Shown: piece by piece, positions 7,308-13,639 of the stretch
How the letters are laid out: each line of letters begins with the position of its first letter
Numbering within the stretch: the first letter of the stretch is position 1
Virus record (IMG/VR): IMGVR_UViG_2737471841_000009
Coordinates: 1-14,893 of that record
Direction: 5' to 3' (one strand)
Source: a virus
Lineage: Duplodnaviria; Heunggongvirae; Uroviricota; Caudoviricetes
Length of the DNA stretch: 14,893 bases
Notes under the pieces: generated by a model
What the model was told of the DNA's origin: nothing
What the model saw: the letters and a program-made list of their open reading frames with translations, nothing else
Databases searched by the model: none
Made by a program: the position numbers and the translations under genes

Positions 7308-8180
7308 TGCATCGAAAAGCATTTCTTCAGAAATAATTTTAAGTTTTGCACCATTATCATCCCTATAAGATATAGCCTTTTCGATCTTCCTTCCGTGACT
7401 TGAGAATTTCCAATCACGGGAGGAAAGCGTCCCAATTACTAAAAAATCCAACTTTTGAGTAATTCCACTACTGATGTTCCCACCAGCATTTTTAATCAAA
7501 TTTTCAACTACGGCTCTCTTTCCTGCAACAAAAGTGCCTGTAAGACAATAGGTTTTACCCTCTAACTCTATCGAAGCCCCTACATCAATAGGCAGCCTGG
7601 TCGCCAAACCATCCACCACCCCACTTTCCAAGTCACATCCTGTGAAGTCTACTAATGCCTTATGTAGAGTTAAACTCTCATCTTCAGTAATAACACCATC
7701 TTTAAGAATTTCCTTTACAAGTGCATAAAGTTTTTTTCCTGGGTAGTTGTTCTTCAAAGCTCCATTTTGCTCAAGCCACCAATTAAGATATCTTATTTCT
7801 TCTTGAGTTAAGTTCCGATCAGCAATTAATCCTTTACATAGTCCATTAAGTAAATGGACATCTACATCCTTGGAGTAAAAATCAATTTCAGGGATATCAA
7901 GAATTTCCCTCTGTATTTGGAGAAGGCTATTTTTAAGGTCATCACGTTCTTCTGATGTGATTATTCCATCCGCAAGAATATCCGACACCCGTGCTGATAG
8001 ACTTTTTATAACTCCATTATTGATAATCTGCTTTGCTTCAAGTAACCATGTATCTAAGTAAAGAACCTCCTCTTCACGGACAACTCCATCTGCAATGATT
8101 CCATCAATGATGCTAATCAAGTTAGCAAATAACTTGTCCCGGTTCTGTGTGTAATTAAAAGCGTAAAGCGCGTCTTCCAT
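7290..8180 (-). CDS. Moron protein: four tandem ~40-aa repeats plus a C-terminal BRCT domain; candidate exclusion or defence effector
   Basis: ATG at 8180 preceded by AGGAGG (the ORF track extends to a GTG at 8210). Repeats centre on IIADGVVREEEVLYL, ILADGIITSEERDDL, LIADRNLTQEEIRYL and ILKDGVITEDESLTL. The C-terminus (GKTYCLTGTF...LDFLVIGT...KLKIISEEMLFDAL) matches the BRCT fold pattern of LigA-type BRCT domains. Confidence 0.8.
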   Translation of the reverse strand: MEDALYAFNYTQNRDKLFANLISIIDGIIADGVVREEEVLYLDTWLLEAKQIINNGVIKSLSARVSDILADGIITSEERDDLKNSLLQIQREILDIPEIDFYSKDVDVHLLNGLCKGLIADRNLTQEEIRYLNWWLEQNGALKNNYPGKKLYALVKEILKDGVITEDESLTLHKALVDFTGCDLESGVVDGLATRLPIDVGASIELEGKTYCLTGTFVAGKRAVVENLIKNAGGNISSGITQKLDFLVIGTLSSRDWKFSSHGRKIEKAISYRDDNGAKLKIISEEMLFDALPSSR

Positions 8181-8230
8181 ACAACCTCCTTTTTTTGATA
8201 ATCCTTGCACTCCTTGGCTACTCGTTCAAA

Positions 8231-8290
8231 CCACATAAAGTTGTTGACAACATTCAAAACCACAACTAAATTACAACTTAAAGGTGTTAA
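8231..8290 (+). promoter_or_regulatory. OL/PL-like operator and promoter region for the early-left operon
   Basis: -35 TTGACA (8244-8249), 17-bp spacer, -10 TAAATT (8267-8272). Operator-like motifs are shared with OR: CATAAAGTTGT (8234-8244), ACAACT (8262-8267), ACAACTT (8273-8279), AGGTGTT (8282-8288). Confidence 0.55.
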
Positions 8291-8382
8291 AACAACGAAC
8301 AGGCAGGACGCCCACGAAGTAGCCGCCGGTGGCGTATGAATGACCGGATGATTCGTTAAATACTATGTGTAAGAGAGCGCAA

Positions 8383-8586
8383 ATGAACCGTTATTTCACA
8401 TGCTCGTTTTGTGGCGCAAACGAGCTGCAGGCAAAAAAAATCATCGCCAAAGGCGGAAAAGATGAAGTTGCTATCTGCTCTGAGTGCGTAGTCTTGTGTG
8501 TCGGGGCATTAATCAATATCAGCACAACTATTCAGTTCACACCAAATGAGAATGCGCCTTTAGATGCGCGGAAATCTGGAGGTTAA
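8383..8586 (+). CDS. Small ClpX-type C4 zinc-finger protein; first gene of the early-left operon
   Basis: ATG at 8383 preceded by AAGAGAG (the ORF track starts at an upstream ATG at 8365). The motifs CSFCG and ICSECVVLC match the ClpX N-terminal zinc-binding domain pattern (CSFCGK...ICDECV). Confidence 0.6.
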   Translation: MNRYFTCSFCGANELQAKKIIAKGGKDEVAICSECVVLCVGALINISTTIQFTPNENAPLDARKSGG

Positions 8587-8594
8587 AGAACAAA

Positions 8595-8870
8595 ATGAAA
8601 GTCCAGATTTTAAACAATAACTGTGAAGTCGTTTGGTCATACGACATAGCCGCCCCTGTAGATCAGAGCGGCGATAGCTGGACCAATGGGAAACATCAGA
8701 TTATGGCTGGAGTTGTGTTCTCTTTACGCCGTGCTTTGGAACAGGCTGAAGTATTTCCATCAGACCCTGAATGGAAATGGCCTTTTTCTATTTGTCCAAA
8801 TTCGGAGAGCACATTTCAGAAAATTGGTCAGAAAGTCGCACTCGAAGAGCATCAGCCAACTGTTTCCTGA
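8595..8870 (+). CDS. Hypothetical protein (91 aa)
   Basis: ATG at 8595 with GGAGG 12 nt upstream, co-oriented with the PL operon. No recognisable domain. The 3' end overlaps a convergent ORF, so the true end is uncertain. Confidence 0.4.
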   Translation: MKVQILNNNCEVVWSYDIAAPVDQSGDSWTNGKHQIMAGVVFSLRRALEQAEVFPSDPEWKWPFSICPNSESTFQKIGQKVALEEHQPTVS

Positions 8871-9033
8871 TTTTTTCAGGTAACTCGTCGGCATCGCAGA
8901 AACAACAACGCTCGATCATGTTGAAAGCCGATTCGTAGAACTGTTTCTGCTGAGTGTCGCTGAGACAGGAAAAGAGCGACGTTACGATGATTTTATTAAT
9001 TGCATTATCAAGTTCTTTTTCATCAAAAGTCAT
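8788..9033 (-). CDS. Hypothetical protein (81 aa), antisense to the early-left operon
   Basis: ATG at 9033 preceded by AAGGA at 8-nt spacing. Cys-containing (CCFC) and acidic. Overlaps the 3' end of the 91-aa plus-strand ORF by 83 nt. Confidence 0.4.
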   Translation of the reverse strand: MTFDEKELDNAINKIIVTSLFSCLSDTQQKQFYESAFNMIERCCFCDADELPEKIRKQLADALRVRLSDQFSEMCSPNLDK

Positions 9034-9129
9034 TTGATTTTCCTTTTATGTATACGGGCTTAAAAGGATACCACCGAGCCTGAAGTGGTGAAAAGACAGG
9101 CACATAACAGCTAAGTATTTTCAACCAAA

Positions 9130-9450
9130 GAGAATCCTTAGCGTTGTGGTGAATGCGGCTCAGCGCACGCGGGTTAAGGTTGAGGCTGACAGTCGACCTT
9201 CTGTGGATACCCACCCGTCTGGTGTGCAACCTTCGCCAGGCACCGGGAGGCACCCGGCACCACAACTTTATGCTGTGTGTAGTCCTGGCGGTACCAGTTT
9301 GTACCCTTGCTTCCGGCTGGTACCGTCCTTTTTACAAAACAGAGAAGAGCATCACCGGACGACGGGCTCATAACCCAATCCATCCGGGCGGCTGCTACCG
9401 CAGGTGTTCTTCTCTGTTTTGTGGAGAAACTAATCGGCCTTGCAGGGTCG
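9130..9450 (+). other. GC-rich, ORF-poor structured segment; candidate structured RNA or cis-regulatory element
   Basis: All frames carry Arg/Pro-rich ORFs with no SD. Perfect 15-bp inverted repeat 9334-9348 / 9408-9422 (ACAAAACAGAGAAGA). An 11-bp stem 9287-9297 / 9317-9327 is followed by CTTTTT. A small hairpin CCGGG-AGGCA-CCCGG lies at 9243-9257. Confidence 0.4.
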
Positions 9451-9470
9451 ATATGATGAGGAGCAGCAAA

Positions 9471-9833
9471 ATGGCTAGCGAACGCAGTACTGATGTGCAG
9501 GCATTTATCGGGGAGCTGGACGGCGGCGTATTTGAAACCAAAATCGGCGCAGTTCTCAGTGAAGTCGCTTCCGGTGTGATGAACACGAAAACCAAAGGTA
9601 AGGTCTCACTCAACCTGGAAATCGAACCATTTGATGAGAACCGTGTGAAAATCAAACACAAACTCTCATATGTTCGCCCGACTAACCGCGGGAAAATTTC
9701 CGAAGAAGACACCACCGAAACGCCGATGTATGTCAATCGCGGTGGTCGCCTGACTATTCTGCAGGAAGACCAGGGACAATTACTGACTCTTGCCGGTGAA
9801 CCTGACGGAAAACTCCGCGCAGCAGGTCATTAA
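9471..9833 (+). CDS. yfdP: YfdP-like prophage protein (120 aa)
   Basis: ATG at 9471 preceded by GAGGAG; length and sequence match my recollection of K-12 CPS-53 YfdP. The ORF track's upstream extension (from 9153) lies in GC-rich non-coding-looking sequence and is rejected. Confidence 0.6.
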   Translation: MASERSTDVQAFIGELDGGVFETKIGAVLSEVASGVMNTKTKGKVSLNLEIEPFDENRVKIKHKLSYVRPTNRGKISEEDTTETPMYVNRGGRLTILQEDQGQLLTLAGEPDGKLRAAGH

Positions 9834-9898
9834 TATCGTTCTTAATTAACTGATTATTTATCTCATCACTGAATATCTTTATATAGTGAGGACTTATT

Positions 9899-10723
9899 AT
9901 GTCTCAGAACTTAGACGCAACCGCAATTAATCAAATCCATGCCCTTATTTCTGCTCAGGGTGTTAATGAAATTATCAGTAAGATTGGTGCCGATGCTGTG
10001 GCATTGCCTGAGAATTTCCGCATTCATGATCTGGAAAAATTTAATTTAAATCGCTTCCGTTTCCGTGGTGCGCTTTCCACTGCCAGCATCGATGACTTTA
10101 CCCGTTATTCTAAAGATCTTGCAGATGAAGGCACCCGCTGCTTTATCGATGCTGATAATATGCGTGCCGTCAGTGTGCTTAACCTGGGTACTATTGATGA
10201 ACCAGGTCACGCAGATAACACCGCCACTCTCAAACTGAAAAAGACAGCACCGTTCTCTGCTCTGTTGTCTGTTAATGGCGAGCGTAACTCCCAGAAATCA
10301 CTGGCAGAATGGATTGAAGACTGGGCCGACTACCTTGTGGGCTTTGATGCTAATGGTGACACCATTCAGGCAACAAAAGCGGCTGCGGCGGTCCGTAAAA
10401 TCACGATTGAAGCAAACCAGACCGCTGATTTTGAAGATAATGACTTCAGCGGCAAACGCTCCCTGATGGAGTCTGTCGAAGCGAAGACCAAAGACATTAT
10501 GCCAGTGGCATTTGAATTTAAATGCATTCCGTTTGAAGGTCTGAAAGAACGTCCGTTTAAATTACGCCTCAGCATTATCACTGGCGATCGTCCGGTACTG
10601 GTTCTGCGCATTATTCAGCTGGAGGCGGTGCAGGAAGAAATGGCTAACGAATTTCGTGATCTGCTTGTTGAGAAATTCAAGGACAGCAAAGTAGAAACCT
10701 TTATTGGTACTTTCACCGCCTGA
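9899..10723 (+). CDS. yfdQ: YfdQ-like prophage protein (274 aa, uncharacterised DUF family)
   Basis: ATG at 9899 preceded by GTGAGGA. Length and N-terminus ([17 protein letters not shown]) match recalled K-12 YfdQ. Colinear with the yfdP to yfdT order. Confidence 0.7.
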   Translation: MSQNLDATAINQIHALISAQGVNEIISKIGADAVALPENFRIHDLEKFNLNRFRFRGALSTASIDDFTRYSKDLADEGTRCFIDADNMRAVSVLNLGTIDEPGHADNTATLKLKKTAPFSALLSVNGERNSQKSLAEWIEDWADYLVGFDANGDTIQATKAAAAVRKITIEANQTADFEDNDFSGKRSLMESVEAKTKDIMPVAFEFKCIPFEGLKERPFKLRLSIITGDRPVLVLRIIQLEAVQEEMANEFRDLLVEKFKDSKVETFIGTFTA

Positions 10724-10735
10724 TTTCATTACTGC

Positions 10736-10757
10736 AAATGCCCCTGCGGGGGCATTT
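10736..10757 (+). terminator. Intercistronic hairpin (weak terminator or attenuator) between the yfdQ-like and yfdR-like genes
   Basis: Perfect 9-bp stem AAATGCCCC / GGGGCATTT with a TGCG tetraloop. The downstream tail ATGGAAACG is not a clean U-run. Confidence 0.35.
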
Positions 10758-10850
10758 ATGGAAACGTAATTTACTCAATAATCGCCGGATGGTGAGGGAT
10801 TCTTTTTACCAGAATTCAGCGCGGTGCAGCGCATATACGTGGAGAACAAA

Positions 10851-11387
10851 ATGTCATTTATTAAAACTTTTTCCGGGAAGCATTTTTATTATGACAGGAT
10901 AAATAAAGACGACATCGATATTAACGATATCGCGGTTTCCCTTTCAAATATCTGTCGCTTTGCCGGTCATCTTTCGCACTTCTACAGCGTCGCCCAACAT
11001 GCGGTTCTTTGCAGCCAGCTGGTGCCGCAGGAATTTGCTTTTGAAGCGTTAATGCATGATGCAACAGAAGCGTATTGCCAGGACATTCCCGCACCACTGA
11101 AACGCCTTCTTCCTGACTATAAACAAATGGAAGAAAAAATAGACTCCGTAATCCGTGAGAAATACGGATTACCCCCAGTTATGAGTACGCCCGTGAAATA
11201 TGCCGATCTCATCATGCTGGCAACCGAACGCCGCGATCTCGGGCTTGATGATGGCTCTTTCTGGCCTGTACTGGAAGGTATCCCGGCAACAGAGATGTTC
11301 AACGTGATTCCACTGGCACCGGGCCATGCCTACGGGATGTTTATGGAACGCTTTAACGAGTTATCGGAGTTACGCAAATGCGCATGA
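10851..11387 (+). CDS. yfdR: YfdR-like HD-domain phosphohydrolase (178 aa)
   Basis: ATG at 10851 preceded by GGAG (the ORF track starts at 10824). HD-domain motif residues (H...HD...D) are present, and length and sequence match recalled K-12 YfdR. Confidence 0.7.
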   Translation: MSFIKTFSGKHFYYDRINKDDIDINDIAVSLSNICRFAGHLSHFYSVAQHAVLCSQLVPQEFAFEALMHDATEAYCQDIPAPLKRLLPDYKQMEEKIDSVIREKYGLPPVMSTPVKYADLIMLATERRDLGLDDGSFWPVLEGIPATEMFNVIPLAPGHAYGMFMERFNELSELRKCA

Positions 11388-11740
11388 ATGTTTTCGAAAT
11401 GGAAGGGTTTCTTCGTGGGAGATGTGTACCGCGAGATCTGAAAGTAAATGAAACAGATTCTGAATACCTGGTGCGTAAATTCGATGCGCTTGAAGCTAAA
11501 TGTGCAGCACAGGAAAACAAAGTAATACCAGTGTCAACTGAACTGCCACCAGCAAATGAAAGTGTTTTGTTATTCGATGCTAACGGAGAAGGCTGGCTAA
11601 TTGGTTGGCGTTCTCTCTGGTACACCTGGGGACAAAAAGAAACCGGAGAATGGCAGTGGACATTTCAGGTCGGGGACCTTGAAAACGTCAATATCACTCA
11701 CTGGGCAGTAATGCCAAAAGCACCGGAGGCTGGAGCATAA
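11378..11740 (+). CDS. yfdS: YfdS-like prophage protein (120 aa)
   Basis: Start overlaps the yfdR-like stop; its own stop overlaps the next start (ATGA at 11738-11741). Length matches K-12 YfdS. Confidence 0.65.
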   Translation: MRMNVFEMEGFLRGRCVPRDLKVNETDSEYLVRKFDALEAKCAAQENKVIPVSTELPPANESVLLFDANGEGWLIGWRSLWYTWGQKETGEWQWTFQVGDLENVNITHWAVMPKAPEAGA

Positions 11741-12045
11741 TGACCACTTTTACCGACAAAGAACTGATTAAAGAAATTAAAGAGCGTATCAGCAGCCTTG
11801 ACGTGCGAGACGATATTGAGCGCCGTGCTTATGAAATCGCACTCCTATCTCTGGAAGTAGAACCAGATGAACGCGAAGCTTATGAATTATTCATGGAAAA
11901 GCGTTTCGGTGACTTAGTAGATCGTCGGAGAGCAAAAAACGGCAATAACGAATACATGGCATGGGATATGACTCTCGGTTGGATCGTCTGGCAGCAACGA
12001 GCTGGTATCCATTTTTCAACAATGTCACAGCAAGAGGTGAAATAA
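11740..12045 (+). CDS. yfdT: YfdT-like prophage protein (101 aa)
   Basis: ATG at 11740; its stop TAA (12043-12045) overlaps the excisionase ATG (TAATG). Length matches K-12 YfdT. Confidence 0.65.
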   Translation: MTTFTDKELIKEIKERISSLDVRDDIERRAYEIALLSLEVEPDEREAYELFMEKRFGDLVDRRRAKNGNNEYMAWDMTLGWIVWQQRAGIHFSTMSQQEVK

Positions 12046-12395
12046 TGGAGCCATACAGCCTCACACTCGATGAGGCCTGTCATTTTCTCAAGATATCCAG
12101 ACCGACTGCCATTAACTGGATACGCACAGGGCGTCTTCAGGCAACACGCAAAGATCCCACTAAGAATAAATCTCCTTACCTCACAACACGACAAGCCTGC
12201 ATTGCGGCTCTTCAGTCTCCGCTGCATACTGTCCAGGTGAGCGCGGGTGATGGCATAACAGAGGAAAGAAAATGTCACTCTTCCGCAGAAGTGAAATATG
12301 GTACGCCAGTTTCACATTGCCGAACGGTAAAAGATTTAAACAGTCTCTTGGAACAAAGGACAAAAGGCAGGCGACAGAGCTCCATGACAAGCTAA
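12045..12395 (+). CDS. xis: Excisionase (P22 Xis-like, 116 aa)
   Basis: ATG at 12045 preceded by AAGAGGTGA. N-terminal HTH ([26 protein letters not shown]). 116 aa matches the P22 Xis length. Sits immediately upstream of int and overlaps it by 124 nt. Confidence 0.7.
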   Translation: MEPYSLTLDEACHFLKISRPTAINWIRTGRLQATRKDPTKNKSPYLTTRQACIAALQSPLHTVQVSAGDGITEERKCHSSAEVKYGTPVSHCRTVKDLNSLLEQRTKGRRQSSMTS

Positions 12396-13435
12396 AGGCT
12401 GAAGCATGGCGGGTCAGCAAACTTGGTGAAATACCTGATATGACGTTTGAGGAAGCGTGTGTCAGGTGGCTCGAAGAGAAAGCACATAAGAAATCACTGG
12501 ACGATGACAAAAGCCGGATCGGATTCTGGCTTCAACATTTCGCAGGGATGCAACTAAGAGACATCACTGAATCAAAAATTTATTCAGCGATGCAGAAAAT
12601 GACAAACCGGCGTCATGAGGAAAACTGGAAACTCAGGGCAGAAGCATGCAGAAAAAAAGGGAAACCTGTTCCAGAATACACGCCAAAACCAGCGTCCGTT
12701 GCAACGAAGGCTACGCATCTTTCATTTATAAAGGCCCTGCTAAGAGCCGCAGAGCGTGAATGGAAAATGCTGGATAAGGCACCAATTCTTAAAGTGCCTC
12801 AACCGAAGAATAAACGTATCCGCTGGCTGGAGCCTCATGAAGCACAAAGGCTGATTGATGAATGTCCGGAGCCATTAAAGTCTGTTGTTGAATTTGCACT
12901 GGCAACAGGCTTAAGACGCTCGAACATCATCAACCTTGAATGGCAACAAATAGACATGCAGCGCCGGGTGGCATGGATAAACCCGGAAGAGAGTAAATCA
13001 AACCGCGCAATTGGCGTTGCGCTGAATGATACTGCATGTCGCGTATTGAAAAAACAAATCGGGAATCATCACCGTTGGGTATTTGTATACAAGGAAAGCT
13101 GTACCAAACCAGACGGAACGAAAGCGCCAACGGTCAGGAAGATGCGGTATGACGCAAACACAGCCTGGAAAGCGGCGCTGAGACGAGCAGGTATTGATGA
13201 TTTCAGATTTCACGACTTGAGACACACCTGGGCAAGTTGGCTGGTTCAAGCCGGAGTCCCGTTGTCAGTGTTACAGGAAATGGGAGGCTGGGAGTCTATC
13301 GAAATGGTTCGTCGATATGCTCACCTCGCACCTAATCACCTTACCGAACATGCACGGCAAATAGACTCGATCCTGAACCCATCGGTCCCAAATTTGTCCC
13401 AGTCAAAAAATAAGGAAGGTACTAATGATGTGTAA
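12272..13435 (+). CDS. int: Tyrosine-recombinase integrase (P22 Int-like, 387 aa)
   Basis: C-terminal catalytic region [15 protein letters not shown]...VRRYAHL (R/H-x-x-R/Y signature). The gene ends 14 nt from the 3' end of thrW, the known P22 attachment tRNA. Length equals P22 Int. Confidence 0.85.
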   Translation: MSLFRRSEIWYASFTLPNGKRFKQSLGTKDKRQATELHDKLKAEAWRVSKLGEIPDMTFEEACVRWLEEKAHKKSLDDDKSRIGFWLQHFAGMQLRDITESKIYSAMQKMTNRRHEENWKLRAEACRKKGKPVPEYTPKPASVATKATHLSFIKALLRAAEREWKMLDKAPILKVPQPKNKRIRWLEPHEAQRLIDECPEPLKSVVEFALATGLRRSNIINLEWQQIDMQRRVAWINPEESKSNRAIGVALNDTACRVLKKQIGNHHRWVFVYKESCTKPDGTKAPTVRKMRYDANTAWKAALRRAGIDDFRFHDLRHTWASWLVQAGVPLSVLQEMGGWESIEMVRRYAHLAPNHLTEHARQIDSILNPSVPNLSQSKNKEGTNDV

Positions 13436-13470
13436 CTTATTGATTTAAATGGTGCCGATAATAGGAGTCG
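13436..13470. other. Prophage–host junction (att core region) at the 3' end of thrW
   Basis: The interval between the int stop and the 3' part of the tRNA; tRNA-integrating phages carry the core homology over the tRNA 3' end. Exact core limits cannot be set without the other prophage end. Confidence 0.4.
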
Positions 13471-13525
13471 AACCTACGACCTTCGCATTACGAATGCGCT
13501 GCTCTACCAACTGAGCTATATCGGC
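13450..13525 (-). tRNA. thrW: tRNA-Thr (anticodon CGU), 76 nt with encoded CCA
   Basis: Reverse complement reads GCCGATATAGCTCAGTTGGTAGAGCAGCGCATTCGTAATGCGAAGGTCGTAGGTTCGACTCCTATTATCGGCACCA. Acceptor stem GCCGATA/TATCGGC, anticodon loop TTCGTAA, T-loop GGTTCGACTCC. Adjacent to proA as in E. coli. Confidence 0.93.
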
Positions 13526-13639
13526 CCTGAAAGGACATGTTCACGAACGTGAATCACGGTGGACAAGGTTAAAACTAACCGGGCGATGCGTCAATGGCCT
13601 TGTGAATCAAATGGCTACTTTTGCATCACCCGGTTTTAT

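Noticed and set aside
8369-8380. boxA-like sequence (GCGCTCTCTTAC) that might mark a nut site
   Set aside because: It reads that way only on the minus strand, opposite to PL transcription, and overlaps the SD and start of the zinc-finger gene. No adjacent boxB hairpin is present.
9130-9450. Retron msr/msd ncRNA hypothesis for the inverted-repeat-rich GC island
   Set aside because: No reverse-transcriptase gene follows it (the downstream genes are yfdP–T-like), and the repeats are only 59 nt apart, too close for typical a1/a2 retron repeats.
9153-9470. Long in-frame N-terminal extension of the yfdP-like ORF (the ORF track starts at 9153)
   Set aside because: The extension lies in GC-rich sequence with Arg/Pro-rich, non-protein-like translation and no SD. 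A canonical GAGGAG-N6-ATG start at 9471 gives the expected 120-aa product.
10275-11302. ORFs 10275-10466 (+), 10366-10611 (-) and 11117-11302 (-) within the yfdQ-like and yfdR-like genes
   Set aside because: Nested or antisense frames inside well-supported genes.
11353-12510. Minus-strand ORFs 11353-11625, 11880-12278 and 12181-12510
   Set aside because: Antisense to the tightly coupled yfdS, yfdT, xis and int reading frames, with no RBS.
12930-13249. Minus-strand ORFs 12930-13130 and 12998-13249 inside int
   Set aside because: Antisense to the integrase catalytic-domain coding sequence; spurious.
13526-13560. Short inverted repeat TTCACG-TT-CGTGAA just upstream of the tRNA 5' end
   Set aside because: It sits in the native thrW promoter and leader region and is most simply part of the host tRNA promoter context; there is too little evidence to call a separate regulatory site.
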